NCBI GenBank assembly: GCA_964016885.1
Contig: OZ024741.1
Coordinates: forward strand, 224,750,001-224,814,000
Length of the DNA: 64,000 nucleotides
From: Eledone cirrhosa
Lineage: Eukaryota
Reading direction: 5' to 3'
This document shows, piece after piece, positions 37,901-49,900 of this stretch. Under the pieces are notes generated by a model. That model saw only the letters and a list, made by a program, of their open reading frames with translations. It did not search any database and had not been told where the DNA came from. Each line of letters begins with the position of its first letter. Position 1 is the stretch's first letter. Position numbers and translations under genes: made by a program.

Positions 37901-40900
37901 TTAGTATTGTTTTTGTTGATTAGTTGGGGTTTGTGGTGGTTAGTATTGTTGTTGTTGATTGGTTGGGGTTAGTGGTAGTTAGTATTGTTGTTGTTGATTG
38001 GTTGTGGTTTGTGGTGGTTAGTATTGTTGTTGCTTGGTTGGGGTTTGTGGTGGTTAGAATTGTTGTTGATTGGTTGGGGTTTGTGGTGGTTAGTATTGTT
38101 GATGAATGGTTGGGGTTTGTCGTGGTTAGAATTGTTGTTGATTGTTTGGGGTTTGTGGTGGTTAGTATTGTTGTTGATTGGTTGGGGTTTGTGGTGGTTA
38201 GTATTGTTGTTGTTGATTAGTTGGGGTTTGTGGTGGTTAGTATTGTTGTTGTTGATTGGTTGGTGTTTGTTGTGGTTAGTTTTGTTGTTGTTGATTGGTT
38301 GGGGTTTGTGGTGGTTAGTATTGTTGTTGTTGATTAGTGAGGGTTTGTGGTGGTTAGTATTGTTGTTGTTGATTGGTTGGGGTTTGTGGTGGTTAGTTTT
38401 GTTGCTGTTGATTGGTTGGGGTTTGTGGTGGTTAGTATTGTTGTTGTTGATTAGTTGGGGTTTGTGGTGGTTAGTATTGTTGTTGGTGATTGGTTGGGGT
38501 TTGTGGTGGTTAGTATTGTTGTTGTTGATTGGTTGGGGTTGGTAGTGGTTAGTATTGTTGTTGTTGATTGGTTGGGGTTTGTGGTTATTAGTATTGTTGT
38601 TGTTGATAGGTTGGGGTTTGTGTTGGTTAGTATTGTTTTTGTTGATTAGTTGGGGTTTGTGGTGGGTAGTATTGTTGTTGTTGATTGGTTGGGGTTAGTG
38701 GTGGTTAGTATTGTTGTTGTTGATTGGTTGGGCTTTGTGGTGGTTAGAATTGTTGTTTTTGATTGGTTGTGGTTTGTGGTGGTTAGTATTGTTGTTGCTT
38801 GGTTGGGGTTTGTGGTGGTTAGAATTGTTGTTGATTGGTTGGGGTTTGTGGTGGTTAGTATTGTTGATGAATGGTTGGGGTTTGTCGTGGTTAGAATTGT
38901 TGTTGATTGTATGGGGTTTGTGGTGGTTAGTATTGTTGTTGATTGGTTGGGGTTTGTGGTGGTTAGTATTGTTGTTGTTGATTGGTTGGGGTTTGTGGTG
39001 GTTAGTATTGTTGTTGTTGATTGGTTGGGGTTTGTGGTGGTTAGTATTTTTGTTGTTGATTGGTTGGGGTTTGTGGTGGTTAGTATTGTTATTGTTGATT
39101 GGTTGGGGTTTGTGGTGGTTAGTATTGTTGTTGTTGATTAGTTGGGGTTTGTGGTGGTTAGTATTGTTGTTGTTGATTGGTTGGGGTTTGTGGTGGTTAG
39201 TATTGTTGTTGTTGATTAGTTGGGGTTTGTGGTGGTTAGTATTGTTGTTGTTGATTGGTTGGGGTTTGTGGTGGTTAGTATTGTTGTTGTTGATTGGTTG
39301 GGATTGATGGTGGTTAGTATTGTTGTTGTTGATTGGTTGGGGTTTGTGGTGGTTAGTATTGTTGTTGTTGATTGGTTGGGGTTTATGGTGGTTAGTATTG
39401 TTGTTGTTGATTAGTTGGGGTTTGTGGTGGTTAGTATTGTTGTTGGTGATTGGTTTGGGTTTGTGGTGGTTAGTATTGTTAGTGTTGATTGGTTGGGGTT
39501 GGTAGTGGTTAGAATTGTTGTTGATTGTATGGGGTTTGTGGTGGTTAGTATTGTTGTTGATTGGTTGGGGTTTGTGGTGGTTAGTATTGTTGTTGTTGAT
39601 TGGTTGGGGTTTGTGGTTGTTAGTATTGTTGTTGTTGATTGGTTGGCTTTTGTGGTGGTTAGTATTGTTGTTGTTGATTGGTTGGGGTTTGTGGTGATTA
39701 GTATTGTTGTTGTTGATTGGTTGGGTTGGTGATGGTTAGTATTGTTGTTGTTGATTGGTTGGGGTTTGTGGTGGTTAGTATTGTTGTTGTTGATTGGTTG
39801 GGGTTTGTGGTGGTTAGTATTGTTGTTGTTGATTGGTTGGGGTTGTTTGTGGTTAGTATTGTTGTTGTTGATTGGTTGGGTTTTGTGGTGGTTAGTATTG
39901 TTATTGTTGATTAGTTGGGGTTTGTGGTGGTTAGTATAGTTGTTGATTGGTTGGTTGGGGTTTGTGGTGGTTAGTATTGTTGTTGATTGGTTGGTTGGGG
40001 GTTGTGGTGCTTAGTATTTTTGTTGTTGATTGGTTGGTGTTTGTGGTGGTTAGTATTGTTGTTGTTGATTGGTTGGGTTTTGTGGTGGTTAGTATTGTTG
40101 TTGTTGATTGGTTGGGGTTGGTGGTGGTTAGTGTTGTTGTTGATTGGTTGGGGTTGGTGATGGTTAGTATTGTTGTTGTTGATTGGTTGGGGTTTGTGGT
40201 GGTTAGTATTGTTGTTGTTGATTGGTTGGGGTTTGTGGTGGTTAGTATTGTTGTTGTTGATTGGTTGGGGTTGTTTGTGGTTAGTATTGTTGTTGTTGAT
40301 TGGTTGGGTTTTGTGGTGGTTAGTATTGTTATTGTTGATTAGTTGGGGTTTGTGGTGGTTAGTATTGTTGTTGTTGATTGGTTGGGGTTTGTGGTTATTA
40401 GTATTGTTGTTGTTGATTGGTTGGGGTTTGTGGTGGTTAGTATTGTTGTTGTTGATTAGTTGGGGTTTGTGGTGGTTAGTATTGTTGTTGTTGATTGGTT
40501 GGTGTTTGTTGTGGTTAGTTTTGTTGTTGTTGATTGGTTGGGGTTTGTGGTGGTTAGTATTGTTGCTGTTGATTAGTGAGGGTTTGTGGTGGTTAGTATT
40601 GTTGTTGTTGATTGGTTGGGGTTTGTGGTGGTTAGTTTTGTTGCTGTTGATTGGTTGGGGTTTGTGGTGGTTAGTATTGTTGTTGTTGATTAGTTGGGGT
40701 TTGTGGTGGTTAGTATTGTTGTTGGTGATTGGTTGGGGTTTGTGGTGGTTAGTATTGTTGTTGTTGATTGGTTGGGGTTGGTAGTGGTTAGTATTGTTGT
40801 TGTTGATTGGTTGGGGTTTGTGGTTATTAGTATTGTTGTTGTTGATTGGTCTGGGTTTGTGGTGGTTAGTATTGTTTTGTTGATTAGTTGGGGTTTGTGG

Positions 40901-43900
40901 TGGTTAGTATTGTTGTGGTTGATTGGTTGGGGTTTCTGGTGGTTAGTATTGTTGTTGTTGATTGGTTGGGTTTTGTGGTAGTTAGTATTGTTGTTGTTGA
41001 TTGGTTGGGTTTTGTGGTGGTTAGTATTGTTGTTGTTGATTGGTTGGGGTTTGTGGTGATTAGTATTGTTGTTGTCGATTGGTTGGGTTGTTGGTGGTTA
41101 GAATTGTTGTTGTTGATTAGTTGGGGTTTGTGGTGGTTAGTATAGTTGTTGATTTGTTGGTTGGGGTTTGTGGTGGTTAGTATTGTTGTTGATTGGTTGG
41201 TTGGGGTTTGTGGTGGTTAGTATTGTTGTTGTTGATTGGTTGGGGTTTGTGGTGGTTCGTATTGTTGTTGTTGATTGGTTGGGTTTTGTGGTGGTTAGTA
41301 TTGTTGTTGTTGATTGGTTGGGGTTGGTGGTGGTTAGTATTGTTGTTGTTGATTGGTTGGGTTTTGTGGTGGTTAGTATTGTTGTTGTTGATTGGTTGGG
41401 GTTTGTGGTGGTTAGTATTGTTGTTGTTGATTGGTTGGGTTTTGTGGTGGTTAGTATTGTTGTTGTTGATTGGTTGGGGTTGGTGGTTGTTAGTGTTGTT
41501 GTTGATTGGTTGGGGTTGGTGGTGGTTAGTATTGTTGTTGTTGATTGGTTGGGGTTTGTGGTGGTTAGTATTGTTGTTGTTGATTGGGTGGGGTTTGTGG
41601 TGGTTAGTATTGTTCTTGTTAATTGGTTGGGGTTTGTGGTGGTTAGTATTGTTGTTGATTGGTTGGGGTTTGTGGTGGTTAGAATTGTTGTTGATTGGTT
41701 GGGGTTTGTGGTGGTTACTATTTTTGTTGATTGGTTGGGGTTTGTGGTGGTTAGTATTGTTGTTGTTGATTGGTTGGGGTTTGTGGTGGTTAGTATTGTT
41801 GTTTTTGATTGGTTGGCGTTTGTGGTGGTTAGTATTGTTGTTGTTGATTGGTTGGGGCTTGTGGTGGTTAGTATTGTTGTTGTTGATTGGTTACGGTTGG
41901 TGGTGGTTAGTATTGTTGTTGATTGGTTGGGGTTTGTGGTGGTTAGTATTGTTGTTGTTGATTGGTTGGCATTTGTGGTGGTTAGTATTGTTGTTGTTGA
42001 TTGGTTGGGGTTTGTGGTGGTTAGTATTGTTGTTGATTGGTTGGGATTTGTGGTGGTTAGTATTGTTGTTGTTGATTGGTTGGTGTTTGTGGTGGTTAGT
42101 ATTTTTGTTGTTGATTGGTTGGGGTTTGTGGTGGTTAGTATTGTTGTTGTTAATTAGTTGGTGTTTGTGGTGGTTAGTATTGTTGTTATTGATTGGTTGG
42201 GGTTTGTGGTGATTAGTATTGTTGTTGTTGATTAGTTGGGGTTTGTGGTGGTTAGTATTGTTGATGTTGATTGGTTGGGGTTTGTGGTGGTTAGTATTGT
42301 TGTTGTTGATTGGTTGGGGTTGGTGGTGGTTAGTATTGTTGTTGTTGATTGGTTGGGGTTTGTGGTGTTTAGTATTGTTGTTGTTGATTGGTTGGTGTTT
42401 GTGGTGGTTAGTATTGTTGTTGTTGATTAGTTGGGGTTTGTGGTGGTTAGTATTGTTGTTGGTGATTGGTTGGGGTTTGTGGTGGTTAGTATTGTTGTTG
42501 TTGATTGGTTGGGGTTGGTAGTGGTTAGTATTGTTGTTGTTGATTGGTTGGGGTTTGTGGTTATTAGTATTGTTGTTGTTGATTAGTTGGGGTTTGTGGT
42601 GGTTAGTATTATTTTTGTTGATTAGTTGGTGTTTGTGGTGGTTAGTATTTTTGTTGTTGATTGGTTGGGGTTTATGGTGGTTAGTATTGTTGTTGGTGAT
42701 TGGTTGGGGTTTGTGGTGGTTAGTATTGTTGTTGTTGATTGGTTGGGGTTTGTGGTGGTTAGTATTGTTGTTGATTGGTTGGGATTTGTGGTGGATAGTA
42801 TTGTTGTTGTTGATTGGTTGGTGTTTGTGGTGGTTAGTATTTTTGTTGTTGATTGGTTGGGGTTTGTGGTGGTTAGTATTGTTGTTGTTGATTGGTTGGG
42901 GTTTGTGGTGGTTAGTAGTGTTGTTGTTAATTAGTTGGGGTTTGTGGTGCTTAGTATTGTTGTTGTTGATTGGTTGGGGTTTGTGGCGATTAGTATTGTT
43001 GTTGTTGATTAGTTGGGGTTTGTGGTGGTTAGTATTGTTGTTGTTGTTGATTAGTTGGGGTTTGTGGTGGTTAGCATTGTTGTTGGTGATTGGTTGGGGT
43101 TTGTGGTTGTTAGTATTGTTGTTTTTGATTGGTTGGCGTTTGTGGTGGTTAGTATTGTTGTTGTTGATTGGTTGGTGTTTGTGGTGATTAGTATTTTTGT
43201 TGGTGATTGGTTGGGGTTTGTGGTGGTTAGTATTGTTGTTGGTGATTGGTTGGGGTTTGTAGTGGTTAGTATTGTTGTTGTTGATTGGTTGGGGTTGGTA
43301 GTGGTTAGTATTTTTGTTGTTGATTGGTTGGGGTTTGTGGTTATTAGTATTGTTGTTGTTGATTGGTTGGGGTTTGTGGTGGTTAGTATTATTTTTGTTG
43401 ATTAGTTGGTGTTTGCGGTGGTTAGTATTGTTGGTGTTGATTGGTTGGGGTTTCTGGTGGTTAGTATTTATGTTGTTGATTGGTTGGGGTTTGTGGTGAT
43501 TAGTATTGTTGTTGTTGATTGGTTGGGTTGGTGGTGGTTAGTATTGTGGTTGTTGATTAGTTGGGGTTTGTGGTGATTAGTATAGTTGTTGTTGATTGGT
43601 TGGGGTTTGTGGTTGTTAGTATTGTTGTTTTTGATTGGTTGTCGTTTGTGGTGGTTAGTATTGTTGTTGTTGATTGGATGGGGTTTGTGGTGGTTAGTAT
43701 TGTTGTTGTTGATTGGTTGCGGTTGGTGGTGGTTAGTATTGTTGTTGATTGGTTGGGGTTTGTGGTGGTTAGTATTGTTGTTGTTGATTGGTTGGCATTT
43801 GTGGTGGTTAGTATTGTTTTGGTGATTGGTTGGGGTGTGTGGTGGTTAGTATTGTTGTTGTTGATTGGTTGGGGTTTGTGGTGGTTAGTATTGTTGTTGA

Positions 43901-46900
43901 TTGTTTGGGATTTGTGGTGGATAGTATTGTTGTTGTTGATTGGTTGGGGTTTGTGGTGGTTAGTATTTTTGTTGTTGATTGGTTGGGGTTTGTGGTGGTT
44001 AGTATTGTTGTTGTTGATTAGTTGGGGTTTCTGGTGGTTAGTATTGTTGTTATTGATTGGTTGGGGTTGGTAGTGGTTAGTATTGTTGTTGTTGATTGGT
44101 TGGGGTTTGTGGTTATTAGTATTGTTGTTGTTGATTGGTTGGGGTTTGTGGTGGTTAGTATTGTTTTTGTTGATTAGTTGGGGTTTGTGGTGGTTAGTAT
44201 TGTTGTTGTTGATTGGTTGGGGTTTCTGGTGGTTAGTATTGTTGTTGTTGATTGGTTGGGGTTTGTGGTGGTTAGTATTGTTGTTGTTGATTGGTTGGGT
44301 TTAGTGGTGGTTAGTATTGTTGTTGTTGATTGGTTGGAGTTTGTGGTGATTAGTATTGTTGTTGTTGATTGGTTGGGGATGGTAGTGGTTAGTATTGTTG
44401 TTGTTGATTGGTTTGGGTTTGTGGTTATTAGTATTGTTGTTGTTGATTGGTTGGGGTTTGTGGTGGTTAGTATTGTTTTTGTTGATTAGTTGGGGTTTGT
44501 GGTGGTTAGTATTGTTGTTGTTGATTGGTTGGGGTTTCTGGTGGTTAGTATTGTTGTTGTTGATTGGTTGGGGTTTGTGGTAGTTAGTATTGTTGTTGTT
44601 GATTGGTTGGGTTTTGTGCTGGTTAGTATTGTTGTTATTGATTGGTTGGGGTTTGTGAGATTAGTATTGTTGTTGTTGATTGGTTGGTTTGGTGGTGGTT
44701 AGTATTGTTGTTGTTGATCAGTTGGGGTTTTTTTGGAGGTTAGTATAGTTGTTGATTGGTTGGTTGGGGTTTGTGGTGGTTAGTATTCTTGTTGATTGAT
44801 TGGTTGGGGTTTGTGGTGGTTAGTATTGTTGTTGTTGATTGGTTGGGGTTTGTGGTGGTTAGTATTGCTGTTGTTGATTGGTTGGGTTTTGTGGTGGTTA
44901 GTATTGTTGTTGTTGATTGGTTGGGGTTGTGGTGGTTAGTATTGTTGTTGTTGATTGGTTGGGTTTTGTGGTGGTTAGTATTGTTGTTGTTGATTGGTTG
45001 GGGTTGGTGGTTGTTAGTGTTGTTGTTGATTGGTTGGGGTTTGTGGTGGTTAGTATTGTTCTTGTTAATTGGTTGGGGTTTGTGGTGGTTAGTATTGTTG
45101 TTGATTGGTTGGGGTTTGTGGTGGTTAGAATTGTTGTTGATTGGTTGGGGTTTGTGGTGGTTAGTATTTTTGTTGATTGGTTGGGGTTTGTGGTGGTTAG
45201 TATTGTTGTTGTTGATTGGTTGGGGTTTGTGGTGGTTAGTATTGTTGTTTTTGATTGGTTGGCGTTTGTGGTGGTTAGTATTGTTGTTGTTGATTGGTTG
45301 GGGTTTGTGGTGGTTAGTATTGTTGTTGTTGATTGGTTGCGGTTGGTGGTGGTTAGTATTGTTGTTAATTGGTTGGGGTTTGTGGTGGTTAGTATTGTTG
45401 TTGTTGATTGGTTGGCATTTGTGGTGGTTAGTATTGTTGTTGTTGATTGGTTGGGGTTTGTGGTTGTTAGTATTGTTGTTGTTGATTGGTTGGGGTTTGT
45501 GGTGGTTAGTATTGTTGTTGATTGGTTGGGATTTGTGGTGGATAGTATTGTTGTTGTTGATTGGTTGGTGTTTGTGGTGGTTAGTATTTTTGTTGTTGAT
45601 TGGTTGGGGTTTGTGGTGGTTAGTATTGTTGTTGTTGTTTGGTTGGGGTTTGTGGTGGTTAGTATTGTTGTTGTTAATTAGTTGGGGTTTGTGGTGCTTA
45701 GTATTGTTGTTGTTGATTGGTTGGGGTTTGTGGCGATTAGTATTGTTGTTGTTGATTAGTTGGGGTTTGTGGTGGTTAGTATTGTTGTTGTTGTTGATTA
45801 GTTGGGGTTTGTGGTGGTTAGCATTGTTGTTGGTGATTGGTTGGGGTTTGTGGTGGTTAGTATTGTTGTTGTTGATTGGTTGGGGTTGGTAGTGGTTAGT
45901 ATTGTTGTTGTTGATTGGTTGGGTTTGTGGTTATTAGTATTGTTGTTGTTGATTGGTTGAGGTTTGTGGTGGTTAGTATTATTTTTGTTGATTAGTTGGT
46001 GTTTGCGGTGGTTAGTATTGTTGGTGTTGATTGGTTGGGGTTTCTGGTGGTTAGTATTTATGTTGTTGATTGGTTGGGGTTTGTGGTGATTAGTATTGTT
46101 GTTGTTGATTGGTTGGGTTGGTGGTGGTTAGTATTGTGGTTGTTGATTAGTTGGGGTTTGTGGTGATTAGTATAGTTGTTGTTGATTGGTTGGGGTTTGT
46201 GGTTGTTAGTATTGTTGTTTTTGATTGGTTGTCGTTTGTGGTGGTTAGTATTGTTGTTGTTGATTGGATGGGGTTTGTGGTGGTTAGTATTGTTGTTGTT
46301 GATTGGTTGCGGTTGGTGGTGGTTAGTATTGTTGTTGATTGGTTGGGGTTTGTGGTGGTTAGTATTGTTGTTGTTGATTGGTTGGCATTTGTGGTGGTTA
46401 GTATTGTTTTGGTGATTGGTTGGGGTGTGTGGTGGTTAGTATTGTTGTTGTTGATTGGTTGGGGTTTGTGGTGGTTTGTATTGTTGTTGATTGTTTGGGA
46501 TTTGTGGTGGATAGTATTGTTGTTGTTGATTGGTTGGGGTTTGTGGTGGTTAGTATTTTTGTTGTTGATTGGTTGGGGTTTGTGGTGGTTAGTATTGTTG
46601 TTGTTGATTAGTTGGGGTTTCTGGTGGTTAGTATTGTTGTTATTGATTGGTTGGGGTTGGTAGTGGTTAGTATTGTTGTTGTTGATTGGTTGGGGTTTGT
46701 GGTTATTAGTATTGTTGTTGTTGATTGGTTGGGGTTTGTGGTGGTTAGTATTGTTTTTGTTGATTAGTTGGGGTTTGTGGTGGTTAGTATTGTTGTTGTT
46801 GATTGGTTGGGGTTTGTGGTGGTTAGTATTGTTGTTGTTGATTGGTTGGGGTTTGTGGTGGTTAGTATTGTTGTTGTTGATTGGTTGGGTTTAGTGGTGG

Positions 46901-49900
46901 TTAGTATTGTTGTTGTTGATTGGTTGGAGTTTGTGGTGATTAGTATTGTTGTTGTTGATTGGTTGGGGATGGTAGTGGTTAGTATTGTTGTTGTTGATTT
47001 GTTTGGGTTTGTGGTTATTAGTATTGTTGTTGTTGATTGGTTGGGGTTTGTGGTGGTTAGTATTGTTTTTGTTGATTAGTTGGGGTTTGTGGTGGTTAGT
47101 ATTGTTGTTGTTGATTGGTTGGGGTTTCTGGTGGTTAGTATTGTTGTTGTTGATTGGTTGGGGTTTGTGGTAGTTAGTATTGTTGTTGTTGATTGGTTGG
47201 GTTTTGTGCTGGTTAGTATTGTTGTTGTTGATTGGTTGGGGTTTGTGAGATTAGTATTGTTGTTGTTGATTGGTTGGGTTGGTGGTGGTTAGTATTGTTG
47301 TTGTTGATTAGTTGGGGATTGTGGTGGTTAGTATAGTTGTTGATTGGTTGGTTGGGGTTTGTGGTGGTTAGTATTCTTGTTGATTGGTTGGTTGGGGTTT
47401 GTGGTGGTTAGTATTGTTGTTGTTGATTGGTTGGGGTTTGTGGTGGTTAGTATTGTTGTTGTTGATTGGTTGGGTTTTGTGGTGGTTAGTATTGTTGTTG
47501 TTGATTGGTTGGGGTTGGTGGTGGTTAGTATTGCTGTTGTTGATTGGTTGGGTTTTGTGGTGGTTAGTATTGTTGTTGTTGATTGGTTGGGGTTGTGGTG
47601 GTTAGTATTGTTGTTGTTGATTGGTTGGGTTTTGTGGTGGTTAGTATTGTTGTTGTTGATTGGTTGGGGTTGGTGGTTGTGAGTGTTGTTGTTGATTGGT
47701 TGGGGTTTGTGGTGGTTAGTATTGTTCTTGTTAATTGGTTGGGGTTTGTGGTGGTTAGTATTGTTGTTGATTGGTTGGGGTTTGTGGTGGTTAGAATTGT
47801 TGTTGATTGGTTGGGGTTTGTGGTGGTTAGTATTTTTGTTGATTGGTTGGGGTTTGTGGTGGTTAGTATTGTTGTTGTTGATTGGTTGGGGTTTGTGGTG
47901 GTTAGTATTGTTGTTTTTGATTGGTTGGCGTTTGTGGTGGTTAGTATTGTTGTTGTTGATTGGTTGGGGTTTGTGGTGGTTAGTATTGTTGTTGTTGATT
48001 GGTTGCGGTTGGTGGTGGTTAGTATTGTTGTTAATTGGTTGGGGTTTGTGGTGGTTAGTAGTGTTGTTGTTGATTGGTTGGGGTTTGTGGTTGTTAGTAT
48101 TGTTGTTGTTGATTGGTTGGGGTTTGTGGTGGTTAGTATTGTTGTTGATTGGTTGGGATTTGTGGTGGTTAGTATTGTTGTTGTTGATTGGTTGGTGTTT
48201 GTGGTGGTTAGTATTTTTGTTGTTGATTGGTTGGGGTTTGTGGTGGTTAGTATTGTTATTGTTGATTGGTTGGGGTTTGTGGTGGTTAGTATTGTTGTTG
48301 TTAATTAGTTGGTGTTTGTGGTGGTTAGTATTGTTGTTGTTGATTGGTTGGGGTTTGTGGTGATTAGTATTGTTGTTGTTGATTAGTTGGGGTTTGTGGT
48401 GGTTAGTATTGTTGATGTTGATTGGTTGGGGTTTGTGGTGGTTAGTATTGTTGTTGTTGATTGGTTGGGGTTGGTGGTGGTTAGTATTGTTGTTGTTGAT
48501 TGGTTGGGGTTTGTGGTGGTTAGTATTGTTGTTGTTGATTGGTTGGTGTTTGTGGTGGTTAGTATTCTTGTTGTTGATTAGTTGGCGTTTGTGGTGGTTA
48601 GTATTGTTGTTGGTGATTGGTTGGGGTTTGTGGTGGTTAGTATTGTTGTTGTTGATTGGTTGGGGTTGGGAGTGGTTAGTATTGTTGTTGTTGATTGGTT
48701 GGGGTTTGTGGTTATTAGTATTGTTGTTGTTGATTAGTTGGGGTTTGTGGTGGTTAGTATTATTTTTGCTGATTAGTTGGTGTTTGTGGTGGTTAGTATT
48801 TTTGTTGTTGATTGGTTGGTGTTTGTGGTGGTTAGTATTGTTGTTGTTGATTGGTTGGGCTTTGTGGTGGTTAGTATTGTTGTTGTTGGTTGGTTGGGGT
48901 TTGTGGTGGTTAGTATTGTTGTTGATTGGTTGGTTGGGGTTTGTGGTGGTTAGTATTGTTGTTGTTGATTGGTTGGTGTTTGTGGTGGTTAGTATTTTTG
49001 TTGTTGATTGGTTGGGGTTTGTGGTGGTTAGTATTGTTGTTGTTAATTAGTTGGGGTTTGTGGTGGTTAGTATTGTTGTTGTTGATTGGTTGGGGTTTGT
49101 GGCGACTAGTATTGTTGTTGTTGATTAGTTGGGGTTTGTGGTGGTTAGTATTGTTGTTGTTGTTGATTAGTTGGGGTTTGTGGTGGTTAGTATTGTTGTT
49201 GGTGATTGGTTGGGGTTTGTGGTTATTAGTATTGTTGTTGTTGATTGGTTGTGGTTTGTGGTGGTTAGTATTGTTGTTGTTGATTGGTTGGTGTTTGTGG
49301 TGGTTAGTATTTTTGTTGGTGATTGGTTGGGGTTTGTGGTGGTTAGTATTGTTGGTGTTGATTGGTTGGGATTTCTGGTGGTTAGTATTGTTGTTGTTGA
49401 TTGGTTGGGGTTTGTGGTGATTAGTATTGTTGTTGTTGATTGGTTGGGTTGGTGGTGGTTAGTATTGTTTTTGATTGGTTGGGGTTTGTGGTGGTTAGTA
49501 TTGTTGTTGTTGATTGGTTGGCATTTGTGGTGGTTAGTATTGTTGTTGTTGATTGGTTGGGGTTTGTGGTGGTTAGTATTGTTGTTGTTGATTGGTTGGG
49601 GTTTGTGGTGGTTAGTATTGTTGTTGATTGGTTGGGGTTTGTGGTGGTTAGTATTGTTGTTGTTGATTGGTTGGGGTTGGTAGTGGTTAGTATTGTTGTT
49701 GTTGATTGGTTGGGGTTTGTGGTTATTAGTATTGTTGTTGTTGATTGGTTGGGGTTTGTGGTGGTTAGTATTGTTGTTGTTGATTGGTTGGTGTTTGTGG
49801 TGGTTAGTATTTTTGTTGGTGATTGGTTGGGGTTTGTGGTGGTTAGTATTGTTGTTGGTGATTGGTTGGGGTTTGTGGTGGTTAGTATTGTTGTTGTTGA

